DNA from: Thermoplasmata archaeon
GTDB lineage: Archaea; Thermoplasmatota; Thermoplasmata; Lutacidiplasmatales; UBA184
Assembly: GCA_033854115.1 (NCBI GenBank)
Contig: JAWOKS010000002.1
Span: 9,984 to 73,983 of the forward strand
Length of the DNA: 64,000 bases
Direction of reading: 5' to 3'
Position numbers and translations under genes: made by a program. Positions 19,201-26,152 of the stretch are shown here, piece after piece. The notes under the pieces are model-generated. The model was not told the DNA's origin, did no database searches, and saw only the letters and a program-made list of their open reading frames with translations. Numbering within the stretch: position 1 is the first letter of the stretch; each line of letters begins with the position of its first letter.

Positions 19201-19733
19201 TTGAGGGTCGCGTTGTACGGCAGGATCGAGACGTTCGTCACGATCGTGCTGTACGCCGAGTTCGTGAGCTCGGTCGTGTTGAAGTAGCGGTACGTGGGGT
19301 TCTGCTGGACGGGGAGGACCGCGCACGGCTTGCAGCCGAGCACGGTGACGCCCGCCGCGGGGGGAACGTAGACCGCCCAGTAGCCGGGGGCGAGCACCCC
19401 GCCCGTCCCGCTCGACGTGAACGAGAACTGACCCGAGCTGCCCTGGACCGTGGTCGTGAAGACCTGGCCGGTCGCCCGCGAGACGAGATCGACCGTCACG
19501 CCGGCGGGGACCGGGGGCGCGAGCGGCCCCCCCGGCTGGTCCACGAAGCCGGACAAGGTGTAGGTCGTCGTCGTGGCGGACGCAGTGCCGAAGATCGCGG
19601 CGAACGTGCTCGCCAGCACGAGGGTGACGAGCATCCAAGCGGCCGCGCGGTACGGTGGGCGGTGCAACGGTTTCACTTCTCCCGTTCGGTTTCCCCTCGG
19701 TAGAGGGGGGTCGCGCGCCGAACTTAGCCCCAT
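16293..19733 (-). CDS. large cell-surface (S-layer-like) glycoprotein with PKD-like domains and a C-terminal membrane anchor
   Basis: N-terminal signal/TM (AAAWMLVTLVLASTFAAIFGTASA), roughly 45 N-x-S/T sequons, WDFGNG PKD motif, C-terminal TM (VGIGVGVVAVILGLVWYF) with a charged tail. The true start may be GTG 19676 or ATG 19634, because a TATA-like CTATATGT abuts the 19733 ATG. Confidence 0.8.
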   Translation of the reverse strand: MGLSSARDPPLPRGNRTGEVKPLHRPPYRAAAWMLVTLVLASTFAAIFGTASATTTTYTLSGFVDQPGGPLAPPVPAGVTVDLVSRATGQVFTTTVQGSSGQFSFTSSGTGGVLAPGYWAVYVPPAAGVTVLGCKPCAVLPVQQNPTYRYFNTTELTNSAYSTIVTNVSILPYNATLKGTVTQQGNPVEGAGVRLLAPSYAGLVLVNNTTDASGGYSLKVPFGSWVAQATHVSGSGLYTNTTGLVINTRTPLPFDPILRSYAISGRIYSSTTGSYVTVPGNATLFDPTNHYLYTSPTATGGYFAFPSYPADFNFTSGNQTFSVVLSANGFRTGWFEHTVSTPTPYTRLVALTPATSANLGSIATTLDFTGVNVATGNGSLGVTTSAELGNDSVVAALPNATVGQLWAQLGLDFNRSLTFPASDLSAVRAWINASGPFFPAVQAQTTINNTGFTAPTAAQGLSSWSSTCSGYCGLTSSANLSYGWATTYALGGSIPKNASSYTISFRFAHPTVSSLVYDYKIDLPTGYVLSAGTTAPSRTSLVGSGPNGTWTSFTLVSKPSSTSSATARFTAVRAADITAIVNVTSSNFAFSSGNILNKTRGGYTVVLGPNQNATFSAANSKYPVGTNGTSFTWDFGNGHNVTVSTPTTAYSYPATSGANPYAGTLTVTSSGGRTSTTNFYVWVVSSDPVAKISSNATTAQKFVTTGGWNYVVVNWAYTLQFNAGASTVTSPNVKSIASFTLTAKNYKATANYSVAKGAKFDSNWSVPFGLKGGTSKTAPGHGLYVNFATVKLGGDAVSATGWGWIYNLTLTVWTGVGTSNSTVLTILVKDTEAPVPSITLVSAATGKTITGGNIVEGANHFARVRLNGSSSSDYGNGSVVKYTWNVTNKGNSSFTPIAYQNTTAIPNPVVKLAPQTGPYTIRLNVVDKNGVNASTTVSLQVAYNTTLRPTLSATNLTGETSLNAGTTYTFWVNVNVGGGARAVAKNLTVAFYLMSPSGTGSKTYIGGTPGSVVFYGYSNNTSNATVNSTVLATGKIPTLKQGLTVRAQITWNPSTSGSFVLYAAAYATNQIGNGSTNVASVPITVHPNPTTQLLEYVGIGVGVVAVILGLVWYFRRRSRRPPAPKGTPSSRSGLERGARRDEDDES

Positions 19734-19786
19734 TACATATAGCTTGCTTTGCCGCGTCTCGAGGGCGGGCTCCGCTCGAGGGAGCG

Positions 19787-22012
19787 CTAGCGGTAGATCG
19801 CCTGGACCGGCTCCTCGCGCCGGCGGCCGGACCGCTCCCGCGCGAGATGCTTCTCGAACTCCTCGTAGAACCGGAGCGCCTCCGGGTCGCAGGACGCTCG
19901 GACCTGCTTGAGCGCCGCGTCGAAGTGCGCCTGCGTCACCTTGGTCGCCTTGAGGTTCTCGCGGATCGCCGTGAGCCCGGCCTCCCGACAGAGGGCCGCG
20001 AGGTCGCTCCCGACGTACCCCTCGGTCCGCGCGGCGAGCTGGGCGAGATCAACGTCGTCGGCGAGCGGCATCCGCGAGGTGTGGACGGTCAGGATCTCGA
20101 GCCGGCCGGCGGCGTCCGGCGGCTCGACGTAGAGCAGGCGATCGAACCGCCCCGTCCGGAGGAGGGCCTCGTCCACGATGTCCGGGCGGTTGGTCGCCGC
20201 GAGGACGAGCACCCGCTCGAGGGTCTCGAGGCCGTCGATCGACGTGAGGAGCTGGTTGACGATCCGCTCGGTGACCCCGCTCGATGTCTGGAGCCCGCGC
20301 CGCGGGGCGATCGAGTCGATCTCGTCGATGAAGACGATCGAGGGCGAGGCCTGGCGGGCCTTCTTGAAGATCATCCGGATCGCCTTCTCGCTCTCCCCGA
20401 CCCACTTGCTCATCACCTCGGGGCCCTTCACCGAGATGAAGTTCGCCTGGCTCTCGGTCGCGACCGCCTTCGCGAGCAGGGTCTTCCCGACGCCGGGCGG
20501 ACCGTAGAGAAGGATCCCCCGCGGCGGGTCGATCCCGACGTGGCGGTAGACCTGCGGGTTCTTGAACGGGAGCTCGACCGACTCCTCGAGGATCTTGCGG
20601 ACCCGCTCGACCCCGCCGACCTCCTCCCACCGGGTCGTGGGCACCTCGACCGCGACGTCCCGGAGGCTCGACGGCTCGATCTGCTTCAGCGCCTCGCGGA
20701 AGTCGTTCTCGGTGACCTTCATCCGCTCGAGGAGCGAGATCGGGATCGGGTGATCGAAGTCGATCTCCGGCAGGTAGCGGCGGAGCGCGCGCATCGCCGC
20801 CTCGCGGGCGAGCGACGAGAGGTCGGCCCCGACGAAACCGTGGCACTGCGCCGCGAGCTCCTTCAGGATCCGATCCCGCTCCCGGTCGCTCCCTTCGATC
20901 GGCATGCCGCGGGTGTGGATCTGGAGGATCTCGAGCCGACCGTCCTGGGTCGGCACGCCGATCTCGATCTCGCGGTCGAACCGACCGGGCCGCCGCAACG
21001 CGGGGTCGATCGCCTCCTCGCGGTTCGTCGCCGCGATGACGATCACGTTCCCCCGGCCGGAGAGGCCGTCCATGAGCGTGAGGAGCTGGGCGACGACCCG
21101 CCGCTCGACCTCGCCGACGACCTCGTCGCGCCGCGGGGCGATCGAGTCGAGCTCGTCGATGAAGATCACGCTCGGGGCGTTCTTCTCCGCCTCCTCGAAC
21201 TTCTCCCGGAGCTCCTTCTCGCTCTCGCCGTAGTACTTCGAGATGATCTCGGGACCCTGGATCCCGATGAAGTGCGCCCCGGCCTCGTTCGCGACCGCCT
21301 TCGCGATGAGGGTCTTGCCGGTTCCGGGGGGCCCGTAGAGGAGCACCCCCTTCGGCGGCGTGATCGCGAGCCGGTCGAAGAGCTCGGGGTGCTTCAGCGG
21401 GAGCTCGATCATCTCCCGGACGCGGCCGAGCTTCTCCTGGAGCCCCCCGATGTCCTCGTAGGAGACGCGAGGCGCGGCGACCTCGGCCTCGCTCACGGTG
21501 TCCTCGCGGATCGTGATCAGCGAGGACGGCGCGACCTGGACGATTCCCTTCGGCTGGGTCGCGACGACCATGAACGGGAGCGATCCGCCCATGAGGAAGA
21601 CCCCCGGGATCACGAAGACGTCGCCGCGCACGAACGGGCGGCGTTGCAGCGCCTTCGACACGAAGCTCTCGAGGCCCGGGCCGAGGTCCATCCGTGCGGA
21701 ACCGGCGTAGATCGGCGCGATCGTGATCGCGTCGGCGTTCGGACAGTCGACGCGCTGGACCGTCACGCGGTCGCCGATGCTGACCCCCGCGTTGCGTCGG
21801 ACGACCGCCTCGATGCGGACGAGGGCCTTCCCTTCGTCCTCGGGTTGCGCCCGGCTCACGATCGCGGGGGTCGCCTTGCGGCCGCGGACCTCGACGACGT
21901 CCCCGAGCCCGACCTTGAGGCGCTGGCGGGTCTGGGCGTCGAGGCGCGCCGTACCGAGCCCGATGTCCTGCTGGAACGCCTCGGCGACGCGCAGGGTGAC
22001 GGCCTCGCCCAT
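19787..22012 (-). CDS. cdc48: Cdc48/VCP-like AAA+ ATPase (VAT)
   Basis: Double-psi-barrel N domain, two Walker A motifs (GPPGTGKTLIAKAVANE and GPPGVGKTLLAKAVATE). Ends in ...AIYR. Confidence 0.95.
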   Translation of the reverse strand: MGEAVTLRVAEAFQQDIGLGTARLDAQTRQRLKVGLGDVVEVRGRKATPAIVSRAQPEDEGKALVRIEAVVRRNAGVSIGDRVTVQRVDCPNADAITIAPIYAGSARMDLGPGLESFVSKALQRRPFVRGDVFVIPGVFLMGGSLPFMVVATQPKGIVQVAPSSLITIREDTVSEAEVAAPRVSYEDIGGLQEKLGRVREMIELPLKHPELFDRLAITPPKGVLLYGPPGTGKTLIAKAVANEAGAHFIGIQGPEIISKYYGESEKELREKFEEAEKNAPSVIFIDELDSIAPRRDEVVGEVERRVVAQLLTLMDGLSGRGNVIVIAATNREEAIDPALRRPGRFDREIEIGVPTQDGRLEILQIHTRGMPIEGSDRERDRILKELAAQCHGFVGADLSSLAREAAMRALRRYLPEIDFDHPIPISLLERMKVTENDFREALKQIEPSSLRDVAVEVPTTRWEEVGGVERVRKILEESVELPFKNPQVYRHVGIDPPRGILLYGPPGVGKTLLAKAVATESQANFISVKGPEVMSKWVGESEKAIRMIFKKARQASPSIVFIDEIDSIAPRRGLQTSSGVTERIVNQLLTSIDGLETLERVLVLAATNRPDIVDEALLRTGRFDRLLYVEPPDAAGRLEILTVHTSRMPLADDVDLAQLAARTEGYVGSDLAALCREAGLTAIRENLKATKVTQAHFDAALKQVRASCDPEALRFYEEFEKHLARERSGRRREEPVQAIYR

Positions 22013-22122
22013 CGTCCCGACGTTGGACCGGGAGTCGCCTCAAATAGGTTTTCGGTTGGACAGCAACGAACCGCGCCGCCCCCGGACCGCGGCGCCGTTC
22101 GGGTCCCTCCGCGCGGCGGACG

Positions 22123-22953
22123 CTACGGCCCGTCGAGCGTCGCCTGCCGGTCGGTCACTCCTGCGAGGGCGAGGCGCGGGGCCGGCGCGCCGAGCACCTC
22201 GGCGAGCTCCCGGGCGGACGCCGGGGCGAAGCCCATGAAGTGGTTGTTCGAGTAGGCGAAGACGACGTCCGCCGAGCGGCCCTCGTCCTCGAAGCGGGCC
22301 CGCATCTCCTCGAACGCGGGGCGTCCCGCGCGCTGGACGCGGTCGAACCGCGCGAGCGCGCGGTCCCCGACGAACCGCGCGTAGAGGAAGTCGCCCGTGA
22401 CCCACGGCGGCGGGGCCGTCGTCGGAAGCACCGACCAGACGAGGGCGGCCCCGTGCCGCTCGAGGAGCCCGCGCGTCTCAGGGGTCCACCACGACGCGTG
22501 GCGGAGCTCGACCGCGCACCGGACCCCGGCGGGCCGCAGGGCGAGGAGCCGCTCGAGGTGGGGGCTTCCGCGGTCGCGGCGGAACGAGGCGGGGAACTGC
22601 AGGACGATCGCCCCGAGCTTGCCCGCCTCCCGCATCGGCGCGAGGCGGACCCCGAACGACGCGAGGGCGTCCTCGGCCGCGGCGCCCGGGGGCGCGTGCG
22701 TCGCCTCGCGCGGGACCTTGAGGCAGAACCGGAACCCGGGCGGGGTGGTCTCGGTCCACCGGCGCACGAGGAACGCGGAAGGGGCGCGGTAGAAGCTCGA
22801 GTCGACCTCGACGGTGCGGAAGACGCGGGCGTACCTCTCGAGGAACTCCTTGGGGGGGGTCCCGCGCGGATAGAACGGCCCGACCCAGTCGTCGTACGCC
22901 CAGCCGGAGCACCCCAGCCAGTACCGCGACGGGGTCCCCTCGTTCGCTGCCAC
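22123..22953 (-). CDS. DUF72 (YecE/UPF0759) family protein
   Basis: YWLGCSGWAYDDWVGPFYP...TVEVDSSFYR is the family signature. Confidence 0.85.
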   Translation of the reverse strand: MAANEGTPSRYWLGCSGWAYDDWVGPFYPRGTPPKEFLERYARVFRTVEVDSSFYRAPSAFLVRRWTETTPPGFRFCLKVPREATHAPPGAAAEDALASFGVRLAPMREAGKLGAIVLQFPASFRRDRGSPHLERLLALRPAGVRCAVELRHASWWTPETRGLLERHGAALVWSVLPTTAPPPWVTGDFLYARFVGDRALARFDRVQRAGRPAFEEMRARFEDEGRSADVVFAYSNNHFMGFAPASARELAEVLGAPAPRLALAGVTDRQATLDGP

Positions 22954-23023
22954 GCGCGTCCCGGCCCGGGGTCCCGGCCCCGGGACCGCCTCCCTAGGAA
23001 CGGAAGGAGGATATCTCGGGCGC

Positions 23024-23947
23024 GTGCAGCGCTCGACGATGGTCGGTCCGTCGCCCCCGGTCCTGCGCCGGCTCCTCGAGGCGGCCGGCTACCGCCTCCG
23101 CGAGGCCGCCGGGGCGATCGTCGCGACGCGAGCCGCCGACCACCGCGCGGTGGTGCTCGCCCGGTCGGGCCGGTCCCCCTCCGAGGTCGAGCGACTGTTC
23201 CCCGCGGACGCGGTCCACCGCACGGTCGTCTACGACGACGAGCCGGGCGACGCGGGCCGTTCGGTCGCGGCCGAGCGCGGGATCGAGGTCCTGGACCCGT
23301 CGACGCTCGGCCCGGCCCTGGGTGAGCTGCTCCTTCCGTCCGCGCTCATCCCCGGCGGGTCGACCCTCGAGGACTCGGACGCCGACGCCCTCGAGAGCCC
23401 GTTCCCGCTCGTCGGGCCCGAGGCCCGCACGGTGCGGCCCCGGATCGGACGCGACGAGGCGCAGACGCTCGCCGGCCTCGACGCCGCACGGTACACCCTC
23501 CGTCTCGTCCCGTTCTTCGTCGCCGCGTACCGGGTGCGGATCGTCGCCCCGGACGGAGGCCCCGGCCCGGTCCACCGTCGCCTGATCGCGGTCAACGCGA
23601 CCTCGCGCCGCGCCGAGGTCTGGGAAGAAGGGGAGCGCGAGCTCGTCGCCGAGGTCTCCGGACCGGCCCAGCGGCTCACCCCCCAGCTGAACGAGGCGGG
23701 GGCCGCCCCGATCGCGGTCGACGCGATCCGGCGCCACCACACCGTCCGGGTCGACCACACCGAGCAGCACGACGGGGCGCTGGTCATCGAGAGCCGGCGG
23801 GTCCCCCCGGCGGCCGAGGACGTCCGGCTCGGCCCGTTCGCGCTCATCTACGTGCCGTTCTGGTACGCGGAGGGGAGCGAGGGCCGCGTCGTCCTCGATG
23901 CGGTGAGCGGTCGCGAGGGGTCCGCGGTCGAGACCCGCCCCGCGTAG
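23024..23947 (+). CDS. hypothetical protein
   Basis: 307-aa ORF with high GC at codon position 3 and non-degenerate composition. I recognise no family. The C-terminal half holds two similar beta-rich segments. Confidence 0.5.
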   Translation: MQRSTMVGPSPPVLRRLLEAAGYRLREAAGAIVATRAADHRAVVLARSGRSPSEVERLFPADAVHRTVVYDDEPGDAGRSVAAERGIEVLDPSTLGPALGELLLPSALIPGGSTLEDSDADALESPFPLVGPEARTVRPRIGRDEAQTLAGLDAARYTLRLVPFFVAAYRVRIVAPDGGPGPVHRRLIAVNATSRRAEVWEEGERELVAEVSGPAQRLTPQLNEAGAAPIAVDAIRRHHTVRVDHTEQHDGALVIESRRVPPAAEDVRLGPFALIYVPFWYAEGSEGRVVLDAVSGREGSAVETRPA

Positions 23948-24003
23948 CCGTTCGACCCCCCTCCGCAGCCCGGAGTCAAATACGCCCCGCCGGTCGAAGC
24001 CGC

Positions 24004-24615
24004 GTGATCCTCGACCAGTTCCGCATCGGCCCGTACCTCAACTTCACCTACCTCGTCCTCGACCGGGAGGGAGGGACCGGGTTCGTCATCGACCCGTCCT
24101 ACGGGATCGACGCCGTCCTCCACGCGATCGACGGGCGTGCGGTGAAGGTGCGGTACGTGCTCAACACCCACAGCCACCCGGACCACATCGCGGGCAACGG
24201 CGAGGTCGTCGAGCGGACCGGCGCGAAGGTCGTCGCCCACCGGGCGGTGCCGTTCCACCCCGACGTGGCGGTCGACGAGGGCGACATTGTCGAGGCGGGC
24301 GATCTCCGCGTGAAGGTCCTCCACACCCCGGGCCACACGAAGGACAGCGTTCTCTACCTCTTCGAGGGCCACGTCGCGACCGGCGACACGCTCTTCGTCG
24401 GAGAGTGCGGCCGCACCGACCTTCCCGGGGGCGACCCCGCCGAGATGTACGATTCGCTCCTCCGCCGCATCGTCCAGCTCGACGATGCGCTCGTCGTCCT
24501 CCCCGGGCACGATTACGGGGTCACGCCGACCTCCACGATCGGTCGCGAGAAGCGGGAGAACCCCACGCTCCAGCCGCGGACGAAGGAGGAGTTCCTGCGG
24601 TTCCTCGCGGAGTGA
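24004..24615 (+). CDS. MBL-fold metallo-hydrolase (glyoxalase II-like)
   Basis: NTHSHPDHIAGN (HxHxDH), HTPGHT, and GDTLFVGECGRTDLPGG. Confidence 0.85.
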   Translation: MILDQFRIGPYLNFTYLVLDREGGTGFVIDPSYGIDAVLHAIDGRAVKVRYVLNTHSHPDHIAGNGEVVERTGAKVVAHRAVPFHPDVAVDEGDIVEAGDLRVKVLHTPGHTKDSVLYLFEGHVATGDTLFVGECGRTDLPGGDPAEMYDSLLRRIVQLDDALVVLPGHDYGVTPTSTIGREKRENPTLQPRTKEEFLRFLAE

Positions 24616-24620
24616 GCGGG

Positions 24621-25151
24621 ATGAGCCCCCTCCCCCCGCCCGAGGAACGCAACCTTTGGGCCGTCGGCGCCCGACGGGCCGCCCCGGGAGAGCCGTCGAT
24701 CGCCGAGCTGGTCGCGACCCTCCGAGGTCTCGGGGGCGAGCGCGCCGAGCTCGTCGCGCTGCTCGATGCCGACGCGGTCGCCGGCGAGCGCCATCTCCTT
24801 TCGGCCTGGGCCCATCTCGGCCGGTACCGGGCGCGCGGGCTCACCCGTCTGCGCGACCGGGCGGCCGAGTTCCTCCTCTATGTCGCCGGCGACGACCAGC
24901 TCCCCCGGGCCCTCGCGAAGGCGGGGATCGGAGAACGGACCGAGCGGTTCGTGCTGGTCGCCGAGCGTCCGTGGGCGCCGGCCGAGCTCCTCGAGCGCTT
25001 CCGCCTCGTCCCGGACCCCGAGGCGTACCCCCGGCCGGTCACGGAGGAGCTGCTCGAGCGGCTTGGGATCACCGCCGCCGAGCGCTCGGGCGTGCCCGCG
25101 AGCTCCTGGGAGGGGCTCGTGCTCGAGCGCGTCGCGCTCCTCGATCTCTAG
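24621..25151 (+). CDS. cgi121: KEOPS complex subunit Cgi121
   Basis: ATG inside the track ORF. LDADAVAGERHLLSAWAH...EFLLYVAGDDQLPRALAKAGI...LVLERVALLDL parallels the M. jannaschii Cgi121 layout. Confidence 0.7.
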   Translation: MSPLPPPEERNLWAVGARRAAPGEPSIAELVATLRGLGGERAELVALLDADAVAGERHLLSAWAHLGRYRARGLTRLRDRAAEFLLYVAGDDQLPRALAKAGIGERTERFVLVAERPWAPAELLERFRLVPDPEAYPRPVTEELLERLGITAAERSGVPASSWEGLVLERVALLDL

Positions 25152-25224
25152 CCCGCTTCCGCGAACGGCTCGACGCCAAAGGCTTTCCCCCGGAAGCGGG
25201 TCGCCCGCCGTTCGCGGGGTCCGT

Positions 25225-25327
25225 GCAGGTGTAATCTAGTGGTAGGATGTCAGCCCTCCAAGCTGACTACCCGGGTTCGAAACGACGGGCCCGAGCGGCG
25301 CCCGTCGCGGGGCTCCCGGCACCTGCA
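25225..25327 (+). tRNA. tRNA-Gly(UCC) with a 32-nt BHB intron in the T-loop (59/60)
   Basis: Acceptor GCAGGTG/CACCTGC with A73, D-arm ATCT-AGTGGTA-GGAT, anticodon arm TCAGC-CCTCCAA-GCTGA, T-stem CCGGG/CCCGG. The spliced T-loop is TTCGAAT. No CCA is encoded. Confidence 0.75.
25282..25313 (+). other. tRNA-Gly intron (bulge-helix-bulge, position 59/60)
   Basis: CCGGG-TTCG-[AA|A]-CGACGGGC...GCCCGTCG-CGGG-[GC|T]-CCCGG. Two 3-nt bulges flank a 4-bp helix, with cuts after the second bulge nucleotide. Confidence 0.65.
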
Positions 25328-25884
25328 TCCGGCCCTGCGGACCCCCGGCCGGGAGGATGGGGCCGGTACGGCGCCGGTTCCGGAGCGCGCTGCGCGTGCT
25401 TCTCACCCTTCACGTGGACCGTGACACCGATCCCGCCCGAACGTGCTCAGCGATGTCCCGCCGAGGCGGAGCGAACTCCATCGGTTTCGTGCCCGGTCTC
25501 CTCGTCCTTCTCGGGGGGTGTGGTCGCGTCCCGCCTCAGGGTCCGCGCGAACGGGTCGGCGGCCTGGGCGGTGGGCGCGGTGGGTAGGGCGCGGGTGGAT
25601 CTCGCCGCCGGGGACCTCGGGTTCCTCTTCCGATCACCTCGCGCCCGAGGCGCTTCGGGGGCGGGCCGCCGGCCGACTGGCGCCTTGCGCCGGATCGTGG
25701 GGAGGATCCTGGCCCGGGCCCCGCTCGGGGGCTTGGTCGTGAGCACCCTCGGCGGGATCCGTCCGGTCGTGACCAGGTCCGTCCTGCCGTCCGAGAGCCT
25801 CGACCTCGAACCGTTCGGACGAGGGAGAGGGCTCTTCCACCGCGGCCCGCTCTGAGCGCGTGCGGGCAGGGCCTCGGTCGGAGG

Positions 25885-25892
25885 GTTTAATC
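25885..25892 (+). promoter_or_regulatory. TATA-like box upstream of tRNA-Ser
   Basis: GTTTAATC about 27-34 nt before the tRNA 5' end at 25919. Confidence 0.5.
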
Positions 25893-25918
25893 GTCCCGCG
25901 CAGGCTCCAGCCCCTCGC

Positions 25919-26002
25919 GCTGAGGTAGCCTAGTCCGGCAAGGCGCCAGCCTTGAAAGCTGGTGGCGGCGACGCCACGGGAGTTCAAATCTCCCCCTCAG
26001 CG
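25919..26002 (+). tRNA. tRNA-Ser(UGA), uninterrupted, long variable arm
   Basis: Acceptor GCTGAGG/CCTCAGC with G73, D-arm GCCT-AGTCCGGCA-AGGC, anticodon loop CTTGAAA, 15-nt variable arm, T-arm GGGAG-TTCAAAT-CTCCC. Confidence 0.95.
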
Positions 26003-26122
26003 TCGGGCCCCGCGTCGGGAGCACGGGGGTGGGGTCCCCGCACCTTCCCTGTCGTTCCGTCCGCCTCACGGGCGCCGAACGGTGTTCGGAGGGAACCGCC
26101 GTTCCGCGGCCCCCGGTGGCGC

Positions 26123-26130
26123 GTTATAAG
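26123..26130 (+). promoter_or_regulatory. TATA-like box upstream of mutS (probably a leaderless transcript)
   Basis: GTTATAAG 23-30 nt before ATG 26153. Confidence 0.5.
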
Positions 26131-26152
26131 AGGCGCCTCGTCTGCCGGGGCG

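Noticed and set aside
16458-19703. 1081-aa plus-strand ORF
   Set aside because: It is antisense to the surface glycoprotein gene and has a degenerate Arg/Gly/Asp/Val-rich composition. The minus-strand frame has signal peptide, PKD motifs and a TM anchor.
19655-22255. 866-aa plus-strand ORF
   Set aside because: It is antisense to cdc48, whose two Walker A motifs and N domain are unambiguous, and it has no motifs of its own.
25251-25261. Reading the anticodon region as CTCCAAG, which would give tRNA-Trp(CCA), a tRNA that often carries an intron in archaea
   Set aside because: The flanking 5-mers (CAGCC/CTGAC) cannot pair. Only the TCAGC/GCTGA register gives a stem, which makes the anticodon UCC. 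The D-arm and A73 are also Gly-like.
25216-25345. 7-bp complementarity between the tRNA-Gly leader (GGGGTCC, 25216-25222) and trailer (GGACCCC, 25339-25345)
   Set aside because: It could be a processing helix, but a 7-mer match within about 130 nt of roughly 70% GC sequence is easily chance. There is no supporting feature.
25247-25855. 202-aa plus-strand ORF, and the overlapping ORFs 25357-25587, 25443-25742 and 25447-25746 (minus)
   Set aside because: It starts inside tRNA-Gly, shows no third-position GC bias in my tally, and has low-complexity A/R/G/P/S composition. I treat the region as non-coding.
25328-25918. SRP (7S) RNA or RNase P RNA in the tRNA spacer; 7S RNA is linked to tRNA-Ser in some methanogens
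   Set aside because: On neither strand could I find the helix-8 GGAA/AGCA-type core of SRP RNA or the GAGGAAAGUCC-like P4 element of RNase P. This needs a covariance-model scan to settle.
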